Below are positions 11,591 to 26,975 of a stretch of DNA of 64,000 nucleotides, in pieces. The number at the start of each line of letters is the position of its first letter. The stretch's first letter is position 1. The stretch comes from Eledone cirrhosa. Its lineage: Eukaryota. The notes beneath the pieces are model-generated. The model made no database searches. It saw nothing but the letters and a program-made list of their open reading frames with translations, and was not told the DNA's origin. The stretch is taken from assembly GCA_964016885.1 (NCBI GenBank), contig OZ024750.1, forward strand, positions 33,232,001 through 33,296,000, written 5' to 3'. Position numbers and translations under genes: made by a program.

Positions 11591-12106
11591 ATATATATAT
11601 ATATATATATATATGGGGGGGGGGGGGGGTCTGTGTGTGTGTGTGTCCAGGATTAAAGCCATTTCATTCGTATATCATCAAACCTGATACATGATTTCAT
11701 ACAAATAAATCAGTTAGAATACTATAGAAGTCATTCCAATCGGTAATAAATATATCTATTCACTGATAACGTACTAAGTACATTTTCTAATTGTCGTCAC
11801 CTATATTCATTGGTATTATTATTTTATATAGAAATGACTTGTCGTTTCATTTTGGATTGCCTCGGGAACGTAACCTTATTATGTAAGAAGCTGTCTGGTG
11901 ATCTAACATCACGTACAGTGATTCGTCAGCCTGATTTGCATATTAGCAGACTGGCTGACAGTCAGATCTGCATATTATCAGATCCACTGATCAGCCATAT
12001 TTGTATATCACCAGACTGGCCAATCAGTTTCCTATATACGAGCGATTAATGGCCCGCTTTGCCATATATAAAAAAAAAAAATTATATACACATATATATA
12101 GTTATA

Positions 12107-12159
<53 letters not shown>

Positions 12160-12161
<2 letters not shown>

Positions 12162-12565
12162 GTTAAACAAGGTTCAATGAATAAATCAAAGAATGATGGT
12201 TACAATAGATTGGAAGCACTCAACAGTATTGGTTGTCCGGAGTTATTAATATTAATTCAAAATATTAACAAAATGGATATTCTTGTGATCAAGTGTATTT
12301 TATTATACATATTTCAGATGTACTGAGTTAACTTCAACAGTACGTCCTCATGAGATAAAATAAGATGATGCATGACATACCCTGACATAGTAGATGGTTA
12401 AGATTCAGTCATGGTAGTCTACCACGACTGAATTTTAATGTTATGCATCATCTTATTTTATCTGATGAGGACGTACTGTTGAAGTTAACTCAGTACCTCT
12501 GAAATATATATAATAAAATATACTTGATCACAAGAATATCTATTTTGTTAATATTTTGAATTTAT
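12160..12565. mobile_element. Fold-back element family B (tail 12160-12255; arms ~12255-12375 / 12440-12560) with hammerheads
   Basis: Inverted arms with an inner hairpin ATTCAGTCATGGTAGTCTACCACGACTGAAT; (TA)n on both sides. Confidence 0.85.
12454..12520 (+). ncRNA. Minimal type I hammerhead ribozyme (family B)
   Basis: TATTTTAT-CTGATGA-GGACGTACTG TTGAAGTTAACT CAGTACCTCT-GAAA-T ATAT A-TA-ATAAAATA; mutated mirror copy near 12296-12362. Confidence 0.85.
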
Positions 12566-12567
12566 AT

Positions 12568-13406
<839 letters not shown>

Positions 13407-13650
13407 ACAATTATATATATATATACAACGATTTACAAGACATTGGGCAATACAAAAAGTAACAACAGCTGCATTATTACAAAAGTAGCTGCTTAGGAAA
13501 CTTGAATAACACAGTGTCACTCTACTTAGCACTTATCTGTATTGATGGTTGAGTATTTATTACACCGAAGTCCATTAGAAAATTGCTGCTTTTTGTGTAT
13601 TTACATATGCGAACTTCTTGTGCTGCAGGCACTCCTGAAATTATTAACGT

Positions 13651-13693
<43 letters not shown>

Positions 13694-13808
13694 ACAGAGA
13701 GAGAGATAGTGTGTGTATGTATATAGGTGTATGTATATTCATACACATATATATGTGTATTATATATATTCATACACACCTACACACACATATATATATA
13801 TATATATG

Positions 13809-14723
13809 TAGGAGGTGAGATTTATTGTAGTACAATAAAGCAATGCAGTTATCGGATAAGAAGCACTCAACAGTTTGTAGGACTGGAGTATACATAATAT
13901 ATAAGATCAAAAGATGGTTAAATGAGTTCCATGTATTTTATTATGGGCATTTCAAAAACAAATATCATCATGCAATAACATTTGTGTTTTCATCAGATAA
14001 AATAGGAGGACATGATATGAAGGTTAAAAACACTTGTGGATAGTGCAGTTTTAAATCAACATATGAAAAGTAGTTTTAGATTGATGTGTGATATTGGGGG
14101 AAAAAAATGTTTGAGGGGGGGGGATGAAAAAGAGGAGGAGATGAGAGTAAAAAGTGGAGGGGGAGGAGTATAATGAGGAAGGATGAGATAGGAGGAGAGA
14201 TGGGTGATAGAGAGAGAGAGCTTTTATAACTGAGAAAAATATATTCTTTTACATAGAGAGGTTGAAAAACCGTTGGAAGATAATGTATCTCTTCGTTAAT
14301 TTTCAAATTCTTTTAATTTATACATTATCTTCCAACGGTTTTTCAACCTATCTATGTAAAACAATATATTTTTCTCAGTTATAAAAGCTATCTCTCTCTC
14401 TCTATCACCCATCTCTCCTCCTATCTCATCCTTCCTCATTATACTCCTCACCCTCCACTTTTTACTCTCATCTCCTCCTCTTTTTCATCCTTTCCAACCT
14501 CCCCTTCCCCCCTCAAAAAAAATGTTTCCCCAATATCACACATCAATCTAAAACTACTTTTCATATGTTGATTTAAAACTGCACTATCCACAAGTGTTTT
14601 TAACCTTCATATCATGTCCTCCTATTTTATCTGATGAAAACACAAATGTTATTGCATGATGATATTTGTTTTTGAAATGCGCATAATAAAATACATGGAA
14701 CTCATTTAACCATCTTTTGATCT

Positions 14724-14735
<12 letters not shown>
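13809..14735. mobile_element. Long fold-back copy of family A (tail 13809-13895; ~400 bp arms) with hammerheads at 13936-14002 (-) and 14625-14691 (+)
   Basis: Same sequence as 4866-5285 but the arms extend ~230 bp further; spacer ~14290-14319; TA-flanked. Confidence 0.88.
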
Positions 14736-14786
<51 letters not shown>

Positions 14787-14870
14787 AAAGGTAAACAGAA
14801 ATAACAACACAATCGGTACAGTATATGGAAGTTATATATTAGGTTAACGCTTGATATAGCAGGAAGAGGG

Positions 14871-14906
14871 TCTTAACGTTTCAGACGCTAGTCCTTCATC
14901 AGCAGA
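14871..14906 (-). ncRNA. Very minimal hammerhead-like motif (family D)
   Basis: TCTG-CTGATGA-AGGAC TAGC GTCT-GAAA-CGT-TA-AGA, with palindrome AACGTT at stem III. Confidence 0.55.
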
Positions 14907-14984
14907 AAGAATGAGAAATAAAATAGATTAAGGGGACGTGCGGGATGGAATTGGAAAAAATGTCTTTAGATAAAAATAATAGGT

Positions 14985-15019
<35 letters not shown>

Positions 15020-15690
15020 GAGGGGAAAGGAGAGATTCAAACATACATGCAGATAGACAGACAATAAGATATAGATGATAGTTGCATCGTCTTTTTTTCG
15101 CAAACACGGGTGACATTCTACATTGTGTGCTGTGGAAAGAAAAGAAAAATGGTCAGCCATGCTCATGCAACCCACGTGAATGATATTTAGAGGAAAGACC
15201 TTGCACAGGATCAATACAACTCTCTAAACAATGGTAACAAGTATCCCCCCCCCCCCAAAAAAAAAAAGAACAGTTCAACATGATTGCCTGCTATAGAGTG
15301 ATAGGTTTTACGTCAGAATTTTCTTTTTAGTAGAATTATATCCTAACAAGGACCAGGAAACTCTCAGATCTGATGAGTGAACCGCGCGTTCAAGCACCAA
15401 ACTGATCATTTCCATGTCCCTGAGTAACATGCATTTATTAATAATTCGACCACGGATGCTTCATTCGTCTGACCACGTACACACCTTGATCACAACACTC
15501 GTACATATCCGTTAATGAAACAGATATTTTTTAATAACGTCACATACTGATTCAACAAGAGATAAAACTACAGTTTCCAAACTCCAGAAGACCAGGATAA
15601 AAGTGTAGGACGTGCCAGAGTACATATATTTAAAAAGGTAATTATAACCATATAACATATGGCACAAGACACATATAGCCTTTACTACAC

Positions 15691-16037
15691 CAGTGGTTCC
15701 CAACCTTTTTTAGCTCATGGCCCACTTTGAACCCAGAATTATTCTTTTGTCCATGAAATTATTATAGTGTAAACAAATCACTTCCATTTTATACCATTTT
15801 ATATAGAATATATCCAATAAAGATACAACTGTGTCTATTTATTGGACACACACAATTTCACAAGCATTAATTTCATTAGTTTAATGGCTAGTAGTCAATG
15901 AAAGCTCTATAGACCATTCAACAAGCTGTGGCCCATATATTCGCCCAGTGGCCCATAAAAATTATAAATTTTCTGTGGCCCACTTGAAATTTGCCATGAC
16001 CCATTTTAGGTATGTGGCTAAAGGTTGCGAAACATTG
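15691..16037. mobile_element. hAT (Charlie-like) non-autonomous DNA transposon
   Basis: TIRs CAGTGGTTCCCAACCTTT / AAAGGTTGCGAAACATTG; imperfect 8-bp TSD TACTACAC / GTCTACAC; subterminal GGCCCA motifs. Confidence 0.75.
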
Positions 16038-17620
16038 GTCTACACAACAGAAATAGCTGACCTAACATAAACACAGAGAACATTTAAACGCAATACAACA
16101 CCACAAAGTACTCAAGTGTTTGATTTAAACAACCAACTAAAACACTTTTACATTGTCACGGGACCAGCCAAACGTCTTTCAAATTACACCTTACCATTTT
16201 GACACAAAATATATATTGGTTGAAGGAGTTCTAAGTATAATATATGGCAGGGTGGTCAATTTGGAGCGACTTTAGTCAAATGTGTGCGTGTTTACAACAA
16301 TAACAACTATAAATATCAAGAAACTGAACAAGGAAATAAGCAAGAAAATTTACGAAAGAAAACTAGAAAAGTAGATGTTTATTTTAGGCTGTAATAAATA
16401 ATCCCTTTCTCTTTTACATATGATCCAATGTTTTTATATTGTATTCCAATTGTACCCCGTCTAATACTGTTATGCCTGAAGTAGATTCTGTGTCAAACAT
16501 GTTGGTCTTATCAACATTGATATTTAGACTAATTAGGGAAACTCTAGTTTGAATATGTTAGGGGTGTTCTTTAATGTTTGCCCTCTGTATCAGCATAATG
16601 TTACACTATTATCAGCAAAGATAATCTACACATATATGATATATCGGTTCTATCCAAATTGAGCTCTTCCTTTATCCTCTTATTTATGATGACATTGATG
16701 ACAGAGGTGAAAGAAGATATCATTATCAAACGCTTGTTTGAACTGGAAAGTAGATGGACGTTAGATCCTTCAATGTATTAGATAGACTTCTACTCTCTAC
16801 TCAAATCGTTATTGTTATATTTACACTTGAAGAATGTATTCCATATAGCAAAGGACTAATAATTGCTTCAATGTACATTAAAGACAATAAAGAGAGGATC
16901 ACTTGAAACCTCTTGAAGATGAAGTCGTACAAATGAAATTTTATGTCGGTTCAGCTATTGCAGTCAATATATAAATTAATTAACATTATCAACATCTGCA
17001 ACAAGACTCACTACATTATATATCACAATAACGACTTAAATTGATATAGTAATACTTCAAAAGCAATGAAACTCCTTTAGAAATCATATTCAGAAAAAAA
17101 CAAGAAAATAAAAGAAGAAAGTAGCATAAAACTAAAGATACGTACATTTGAATTAAATTAACATCTTAATCTCTTTTTTTTTTTTTTTTTTGACATACGT
17201 TACCGGAAAAAAAATTGGATTTGAAACGTAGGCACAAGTCAAAATTATGGAAATATTGCAGACACAAACAATTTCATCTCCAGAATCTGGACGCTGTACA
17301 CAATAAACTTCCCCAACCCACCCGAGATACGTCATAGACACACGTTACTCTCATGTAATCTCTTATATTTTCAGAAAATAAAATAAGAGAGAAAAATAAA
17401 AGTAAATAAATGTACATTTGAAATGACCCACCATCTTGATTTCTCACTTTGTTACTCGGTACCGGTTAAAACAATTGGGCTTGAGAAGTAGTTATATATC
17501 AAACGTAGGGAATTATTGCACACATAAACAACTTAATGTCCAGAATCGGGCCGTATATAATAAAATAAATTATAACACTTCCCCTAATCAGCCGAAATGC
17601 GTCATAGATACGCTTCACCT

Positions 17621-17686
<66 letters not shown>

Positions 17687-20112
17687 GAACTACTAGACAA
17701 CCACATCCTCCACCACAGCAATCCAGATATTCTATTTCAAACACACAGTCTAGATTGTGATTACTTGCAGTGCTAGATTTACCTATAAGCTAAATAAGCT
17801 ATATCTTAGGGCCACACAACCTCAGGGCCCCATTGTTGTAAAATATCTTTTTAGGAATAAATCGATAAATTACTTAAAAGGAACATTTTGAAACTAATTT
17901 CATTTTGTAATCATTAATAAATAATAAACATGTATAATTATTTGATTTTTTTTACCTAAAACATTTTAGAGAAGGGCCTCAAATTTCACATTAGGGCCCC
18001 AGCAGGTGAAAGTCTGTTCTTTATTACTTGTCTCGAACGTCACACTTCACAAAAATCTCAAAGGAACATTCGTATTTATTCAAGACAAATATGAACCTAC
18101 ATAGAGACATAAATATCAGAATAAAAAATGACGCATTATTTCCGAAAACCAGAGAAAGCTTTGACGTGGTCACATAATCTCCTGAATTCAACAGTCAAAA
18201 ATCCCACAAATCCCACTGATCTCAATAAAAACGGACACGTTAGATAATCTAGCCCTTTCCTATTTTGTTTGTTAAAGTCTGTTCTAAACCGAAGGCTTAT
18301 CAGGCTTGTGCTTATCCCAGGTTTCCTTAGTGCTAAGGAATTGAGAGTAAAAGACTCTTCCTGGATAGGACGCCGGTCTATCGCAGCTTTAACTCCCCAG
18401 CTGAGGGAATTGGAGTTACGTGAAATAGTGTTTTATTGAAGAACACAGATATTGGATGGTGACGAATGTAATACCTATCATCTTAAAGAAGATCGAATGT
18501 GTTGGCCTGGGGTTAAACATCATCAGCAAATATTAATTATGCAACAAAGTAGGTGATAGTATAGAGGCACAGTGCAAATTAGTGTTCAATAGTCGATATT
18601 TCTTTACCGAATCACTACAATATTGCTTTAAGGTCGTAGTAATCTCGGTCTTTATATGGATACATTGATTTCATGAAGAAGTATCCTACTATTTTACTAC
18701 TTTATTGTATTTATATAATTATTCCTACACTGCGAGCATATTAGTTGAGAAACCAAAGAAAAAGAAATGAAATACCTTTTTGCACTGTAAAGTAATGTTA
18801 ATCCTCTTAGTCTTGATATAACTCAGCCATACACAAACCATTTCAATTATGTTGCCGATTACACGTGATATGTTATGCGCTTGTCTATTAGAATCTGTGC
18901 AGAGTTGGGAATTAAGCATATTGCTGAAAAATACACGTCAATGGAATTTAAAGCAAACGCCGTATTGAAATGAATTATCTTGAAATGTTTTTCGTAATTA
19001 CAAATCTTACCGGAAGTAACAATATGTTTAGAAATTGCCATTACATGAAATGTTATCTATTTATTATTTAGAAAAGTAATAGAATTGTCGGTTTGCTTTC
19101 AATAAGAGGATTATATCATGTTGTTACAGGATTACGTGGCTTGTTATATTTTAAACAAATTACTATCAACGCTTTATGTATGGTCTTTTCTGAAAGTACA
19201 GCTAGTTGAGTAGACAGGGTAATGAAAAACAGGCTGCGATGCTGGTAGTTCGTGTGCTGTGCTCTGCTGAATATGTTTCCAAGATCACTGGGTCTTGAAT
19301 CATCTAGTCCATCCGCTGTAGAATATGTAGAACTCGTTGCACCAAGAAATAATAGAATTGGATAATTAGGAAGAAATTTGTTTGTGTTTCAGGGCAAAGA
19401 TCAACTTCTTTGCAGTTCAAATTCAAACCAAATTTCCCCAAAGCCTCTACGGATTAGATTCTTTCTATAGTTCAGATTAAGAGCTGTTGACGGATACTAG
19501 GTGTACAATATCCCATTCCACGTTAGGCTATGATGCACCTACGTCTATATATAGTTAGATATCTTTCTAAACCAGAAACGATAGCCATTAATAGAACATT
19601 AGAATCGTTGATTTAAAGACACATCAAATGAATGTCTTAATGAGGATGAGAAGGAAGGGGAATCTAAAGAGATATGCTCAAATAAATAGAGGAATGACAC
19701 CATTAATGAAGTAAATAATCCGGAATTCTAGGGGAATTAGGAGGTTTGATAAAACAACAATGATTAAAAAAATACAAATAGAGTCTATAGTGTTCCAATC
19801 TTCCGAGATTAATTTTCGAATTTTCAAGACTGAAGGAATCTTTAAGGGATAAGAAGCAACTAAGAGAGAGTTACACTATAGTCTGGTCTAACCCAAGTCT
19901 TTTTGAAGGGTTTAACAAAATTCAGGGGGGGGGGGGGTGATGCTCTAACCTTATACCTTATCAGCGAAGCATATTCATTGAGATGGCTGCGAATATGTGC
20001 AAAATATAGTAGAAGGTGAACCAAATTATCCGCTGATTAACTGTCAACAATGAGTGGTGCGAAATACCCGATGGTAGAACTCTGCATGAACTGTATAAAT
20101 ACAAATAGACTA

Positions 20113-20147
<35 letters not shown>

Positions 20148-20420
20148 GTATATAAGAAAACGATTTTTTTTTTTATGAAATAAAAACGAGATGTCCTACA
20201 CGAGTGAAAGTATAAGGTAAAAAGATGAAATCGAAAATGCAACTGGAGTTTTTTAAGAATATTTATTTGGTTTTTTTACCAGTTTTATAGTTCTTATACT
20301 TTTCAAAAGTAGAATTGAGAAACCACAAACCCTCCATTTCAATTCTACTTTTGAAAAGCATAAGAACTGTGAAACCGGTAAACAAATAAACCGGTAAACA
20401 AACAAATAAATGATAGATAA

Positions 20421-20482
<62 letters not shown>

Positions 20483-20483
<1 letters not shown>

Positions 20484-21102
20484 TCTTTCTTTATTTGCCA
20501 CAGGGGCGTACAAAAATGGGACATTACAAGACGTGACGGCGGGGGTTTTACATAAAAATAACTTTAACATTAATAAATAACAATAAACTATATATAATAA
20601 AATAACAATTGAAATCCCCAATAGGGGGGAACGTTACTGCAGCGTTGTTTTACACCCCGTGGATAGAACAACCCTCAACACCAGGAACATGTTTTGTAGG
20701 TGTTCCTGTCTTCCCTGCTAGATATATTTCTTTATTTGCCACAAGGGCGCACAAGAAAAGGGGACAAAACAAAGACACATGCCGGGGATTTTACATACAA
20801 TCGTGTAAAAAAAATATAAAAAAAACAATTATAACAATCGAAATCCCCAATAGGGGGGAGGCGCCACAAATGGGTTGTTTAATACTCCGTCGATAGAACA
20901 ACCCTCAACTTCAGGAGCGTGGTGTGCAAGTGCTCCTTTCTTCCTTTTGCTCTCTTCTTCAACTTACAGGTTTATATACAGAGAAAACCCAATCACTCGG
21001 GCCATTTTTGCTACATTCACCCACCTTTCAGTAAATTTACTGGGGTGCAGTGCCTCTCTCTCCACTCTGATTCTCCTTCTAAAGTGGTATCTAAAGAAGG
21101 GA
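20483..21102 (-). mobile_element. Two tandem 3' fragments of an L1/Tx1-type LINE, sister to 26714-32743, in (GATA)n
   Basis: 20964-21101 translates to FFRYHFRRRIRVEREALHPSKFTERWVNVAKMARVIGFSLYINL*, homologous to the ORF2 C-terminus at 26976-27110. 3' ends read GCAAATAAAGAAA then (TATC)n. (GATA)n at 20412-20483 and 21103-21118. Confidence 0.85.
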
Positions 21103-21226
21103 ATAGATAGATAGATAGTCATTTTAGAATGTAACCAAGTTCTATATTGTAATCTAAATATACTTTCTCACGAAAACATTGGACATTACAAAGCAGATGA
21201 ATTTTCCATGGTCTACTTTTTCTCTC

Positions 21227-21318
<92 letters not shown>

Positions 21319-21949
21319 CTCTTTCTCTATGTGTACCGAATACATTTTCGTTCATATATACATGTCTATCGATCATTATATCTGTTTTTCATATATACAC
21401 TCACTTCAATATATGTATGTATGTATGTGTGTATGTAAGTATGTATGCATGTATGTATATAATTATGTATGCATGTATATATGTATCTATGCATGTATGT
21501 ATGCGTGCATGTATGAATGTATGTACTAATATATTTATATACATAAGTCTGCATGTATGCATGCATGTATGTAAGTACTAATGTATTTATGTATGTATAT
21601 TTATATATATACGTGACTGTAATACATTAGTAGTTGTAGTACAAGTAACTTCATTATCACATTATCCTACATTTGCTTCGAGATTATATTTCAGCACGAC
21701 ACTCCACTCTCTTTGAAAAGATAAGCCCAGGTTGGATGTCAGTTGATGCCACTTGCATGGAATATTTAGTCGATCAATGATGCATCTCAAATCGTTCCTT
21801 TGAAATTACGGAATAAATGACGTTGTAATCCTTCCTCATTAGTCTCCTAATTAGAATAATAACAAGACATTTCATTCATAATGCTGACAGGAGGAAATCC
21901 GTCATCATGTTTTGCCGTTTCGTGAGCGGCATTATCTATGACGCAATGT

Positions 21950-22892
21950 ATAGAAATGAAGCGAGCAATAGAACGATGCATGAAATTATTTTCTGCCCAG
22001 AAATATATATTTACTGTCAGGTTATAGATATATGTGAAAGTGTATATAGAAATATGAGTATAATACTACATGAAAGATTGTTTTTCTGCCCAGAAATATA
22101 TATTCACTGTCATGGTATAGATATATTTGAAAGTTTATATAGAAATATGCGTAGAATACTGCATGAAAGATTATTTTTCTGCTCAGAAATATATATTCAC
22201 TGTCATGGTATAGATATATTTGAAAGTTTATATAGAAATATGAGTATAATACTACATGAAAGATTATTTTTCTGCTCAGAAATATATATTTACTGTCAGG
22301 TTATAGATATATGTGAAAGTTTATATAGAAATATGAGTAGAATACTACATGAAAGATTGTTTTTCTGCTCAGAAATATATATTCACTGTCATGGTATAGA
22401 TATCTTTGAAAGTTTAGATAGAAATATGAGTATAATGACTGGTGAACCAGATTACTATCAGCTCAGAAATATATATTTGGTGTCAGGGTATAGATAAGTT
22501 TACATAGAAATATGAATAAAATGACGAATGACAGATTGTTTTTCTACCTAGAAATATATATTCACTCTCGGGTTATAGATAGGTTTGAAAGTTTATATAG
22601 AAATTTGAATAGAACGACGCACGAAAGATTGTTTTACAGCTCAGAACTATATATTTACAATCTGGATATATATATATGTGTTTGAAAGTTTATATAGAAA
22701 TATGAATAGAAAACTGGCGAACCAGTTTAATTTCTGCTCAGAAATATATATTTTTCATCAGGTATAGAAAGGTTTGAAAGTTTATATAGAAATATGAATA
22801 GAAAACTGGCGAACCAGATTAATTTCTGCTCAGAAATATATATTTTTCGTCGGGTATAGATAGGTTTGAAAGTTTATATAGAAATATGAATA
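21950..22892. repeat. Minisatellite, ~93 bp unit, ~10 copies
   Basis: Unit TTTTTCTGCTCAGAAATATATATTCACTGTCATGGTATAGATATATTTGAAAGTTTATATAGAAATATGAGTAGAATACTACATGAAAGATTA; explains the 31-aa periodic ORF 21907-22497. Confidence 0.9.
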
Positions 22893-24102
22893 CATGTTAT
22901 ATCTATCTCTCTGGATTAATGACACGTAACACTGTAATCATCGGCTCAAACTATATCACAATTCGAGACACAGGTCTTTCATTGAAATTATACACACAAG
23001 GTTTCAGTAGACAGCTTTGTAACATTCCCGAGCAGGGTAGTACAATATATATATACATACTGAACCACAGCTCTCAGCCGAAATTCGATTTTCGACCTCT
23101 CATATCATGGTCATCTTGTAAGAATTTACAAAGAGATAAAGAAGCTGAGCGTGGAAACAATCCCATAAATATAGAATTAGCTACTATCAAAAGACTGATA
23201 AAAGGAAGTGAACGATGCCTATGCCTCGATGCATACTACGACATCTTTAGATTAGTAATGTAGATGTCACAAATCTCGCAGCTTTACACTTTACGATCAA
23301 TGCAATTCAGAACTTTCAACTAGGAATTAATGTTTCTGTTATAACGTATAATCAATACACCAGTGGATATATTAAATAGAACAATATCTACAAGACTGTA
23401 ATGTTCATCAGCCACCATTAAGACGTAAGCAGAACTGGAGAGATAAAGTTTTAGAAAAATTTGACACTAAGTGACAATGTTTGAATCTATTTAATGAAAC
23501 AATTATAAAAGTATTCATTCTGTCAGATAAAGAAACAAAAAATATTCTTTAAATACACTCCTGTGTATTTTTACTTTTACTTTTTACGTGTATAGATATA
23601 TATATATATTTGTGTGTGCGTGTAGTGTGTGTTTTTTGTTTTTATGTGCGTGTCTGTGTATATGTGTGTGTGTGTCTGCGTCAATGTGTGTTTGTGTGTG
23701 CGTGCGTGTGTGTGTGTGTGCTTGCGTGTGTACGTTCCTACAATTCTTCTCACCAATGATCAAGAAACACCATACAAGTGGTAATAAATAAAAAACAAAC
23801 AAACTGTACTGGTGTTATTGCCTGATGTTCTTTCATTCCTTCAATATGCATATTTCGTTGCGAGATTGTAATTTAGCAGTTCCTTGATATAGGAGGAAAG
23901 AAAGAGAGACATTATGAATATATTCGAGTCATCTATATATTTCAAAGTTACTAGAATAAGTAGATTACTAATGTTATACTATATATGACTTGCATGAGTT
24001 AGTTGCTATGTAGATTGAATATTAAATTCATGGGGAGGGTATTAATATATATACATATATACATATACGTATATATATTTATAGATGTATATACATATAT
24101 GA

Positions 24103-24163
<61 letters not shown>

Positions 24164-24201
24164 ATATTAATAAATGGAAACTATATTTATATAACCATAA
24201 T

Positions 24202-24266
24202 TATTTTATTATATATATTTCAAGGGCGACCAAGCCAATCTTGGTGCGCTTTCATCAGATAAAATA
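24202..24266 (-). ncRNA. Minimal type I hammerhead ribozyme (family B-like)
   Basis: TATTTTAT-CTGATGA-AAGCGCACCAAG ATTGG CTTGGTCGCCCTT-GAAA-T ATAT A-TA-ATAAAATA. Confidence 0.82.
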
Positions 24267-24686
24267 CAAAATTTGTTTTATAAATAGTGACATAACCATG
24301 GAAAACAACCCTGATGGTTGAAAATTCCGCCGAGGTTAACTTTGCCTTTCATCCTTACTGGGTCGATAAAATAAAGTACCAGTAATGTATTGGTAATCGC
24401 TGGCCTTGTGTCAAAAGTAGAATCAATTATTTATATTCGAAAAACCCAGATTACATTTATATATATATATATATGTGTATGTGTGTGTATTTTTAGTTAT
24501 GATTATACTGCTTTTTCCCCAACTTACACAAAGTCTGGGGATAAAGTTTTTCTTCAAGATTTGTTTTAAATTATGATTGTATTACTTTTCCCACATCTTA
24601 CATCTTAAAAATGTGTTCATCTTGATGGTATAGTCACTTATATGTCTGAATTATTGTCGGCTTTTTGCTTACATTAATTTCTCTAT

Positions 24687-24795
<109 letters not shown>

Positions 24796-25118
24796 GATAT
24801 GGTTATGGGTATAATGGTAGCAAATGTTGAGTGGCTAAAAGTAAACATAGCAATAAAAGAGTTATATAAGTTGGACCCTAAATTAGTGCAGAGAGTAATG
24901 TATAAAATATCTGACGGTGTTTCTTTTGAACTATTTACATTTGCATAATCAAATCATTTCTTTTGGAAATTTTCACTAATTTAAATGAAGTAGCAAGCTC
25001 ATGATTTATGCACTATACATAATTCATAATGTTTCCTGTACAACCTAGTTGAATTTTTATTAATGGGTATAGCATATAAATATAGAGTTGATTTTTCCGT
25101 GTGTAGGAGGGGTAGATA

Positions 25119-25490
25119 TTCTTCTTCTTCTTCTTCTTCTTCTTCTTCTTCTTCGCCCCACTTATTCCTGATTCCTGAGAGGCTCGTGAGCTGCAGAGTC
25201 CTCAAACCCTTCTTCCAGCAGGTCCTGTTAGAAGCAAATCCCTGCAACTGATCCGGCTGAATTTCCAAGCAAGAATAGCCACTCTTATGGATATTGTTCA
25301 GCCATCTTACTCGGGGTCTACGTCTGGTCTCCTGCCGTTGGTTTTTCCCCCTTAATATCAGTCGAGCGATTGTGTCCCGATAATTCTAACCACATGTCCA
25401 TAGTATCGAAGCTGTGATATCTCAATTCGGTTAAGTAACGGTTCTACCTGGAGTGACTCTCTGATCTCCGAGTTACGCACTTTATCCGTA
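25119..25490 (-). mobile_element. 3' fragment of RTE-clade LINE with (GAA)n tail
   Basis: Minus strand encodes DKVRNSEIRESLQVEPLLNRIEISQLRYYGHVVRI...GRRP..RPRVRWL; ends CAGGAATAAGTGGG then (GAA)n. Related 3' end at 56368-56580. Confidence 0.8.
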
Positions 25491-25547
25491 CAGTAGAAAT
25501 ATTACATAACATACTCATAAATGTGAGTGGATATAGTCTTAGAGAAT

Positions 25548-25770
25548 AATGGTTTCTGATATAGGCCCAAGGTGAACAAGTTTTGTGAAGGAGAAAAAAG
25601 TCGATAAAATTGACGCCAGTGTATTACTGGTTCTTTATTTTATCGGCCTTGTAAGGATGAAAGTCAAAGCTAACCTCGGCATGATTTGAAATTAGAACAT
25701 AAAGGGACGTAACTCTATGCTACGAAGCATGGTGTCCCGCGCTCTACCGATACTGCCAATCCACCACCCT
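25548..25770 (-). mobile_element. tRNA-derived SINE, diverged copy
   Basis: Homologous to 123-310. Confidence 0.8.
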
Positions 25771-26255
25771 TGTCTTAGCGAATAATAATCTTTTTGTGTC
25801 TAAAGGAATATGTATTGGAATAGTTATATTATAACTCTTATTCTAAAATGGTATGGTTTCCACATAGTTTAATTCCATATCTCTACTTTGTAATAATACC
25901 AATTCGTATGTCAATTATACAAATGAATAGTAGAACGGAAATGGTGGCTGATGTATAATTCATGATAATAGAAGACAGCAGTATTAAAGTACCGCAACTT
26001 TATATAATTGACCAAATATTATATCAAGCAGTTCAACGTAATTAGAACTTAGACATAATATTTCTATAATTCTGTGTTTGATGTTTGATGTTTTCCATAC
26101 TTTATCACGTTGAAGTATATGTATTAATAATGTAATGATTTATTGCATTATTAGGGATGGTGAAAATATTGTATTTCTCTATCATCGTATACAGTATTGT
26201 ATACGATGTATATGTAGGTACTTACGGGTGCAAATATATATATATATATATATAT

Positions 26256-26520
26256 AACGAAAGAAATGTGGTAAGGAACCAGATGGACCATAACGCACCA
26301 AAGTACTCAATACTTAGGGTAGTAGAGTGGGTAATAGGAACGAGTAGGACCCCGACGGCTAAGCTCAAGCCGTTTCGACGGCTAATTCTGGACTCAGTCC
26401 AGAATTAGCCGTCGAGTGGGTAATAGGAAAAAGTATGACCCCGGCGGCAGAGCTCAAGCTTGTCCAGAAATAGCCGTCGAAACGGCTTGAGCTCTGCCGT
26501 TGGGATCATACTTTTTCCTA
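26256..26520 (-). mobile_element. Short compound fold-back derivative of the PLE at 5301-10375
   Basis: Matches 8771-8910, then short inverted and re-started copies of the pseudo-LTR end; ends TTCC(TA)n. Confidence 0.88.
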
Positions 26521-26674
26521 TATATATATATGAGTGTGTGTATGTGTGTGTGTGTGTGTGTTATATATATACATATATATTATATGTATATATACACTAT
26601 ATATATTATATATATGCACTATATATATATTCCCGAGATCCATGGACCTCGGGAATTTTACCCGCCTAGATATA

Positions 26675-26715
<41 letters not shown>

Positions 26716-26975
26716 TTTCTTTATTAACCACAAGGGTTTACATAAAGTAGACATTAAGGACAGTGCAGGACAATGCAGGACGGTACAAATGGGCATTTCT
26801 GCGTGTAAAAAAACAAAAACAGAGGATGTAACAAAAATAACAATGAAAATAACAATGAAAAATTCCCCAATAGGGGGGAGACTTCGGAGGGACATTTGTG
26901 GAGAAAGCCCAGTAAAAAGCCACAATGACCCTGACCACCAAGGCAAGTGCCCTCTCCCAGTTTTCCACCTTTAGT

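Noticed and set aside
16330-16720. Possible RT remnant (FADN-like on minus strand)
   Set aside because: Too decayed to support.
21950-22892. CRISPR-like or Cys/His repeat-protein reading of the 93-bp array (also the 49830-50098 array)
   Set aside because: Whole units repeat with no unique spacers, there are no cas genes, and the context is eukaryotic.
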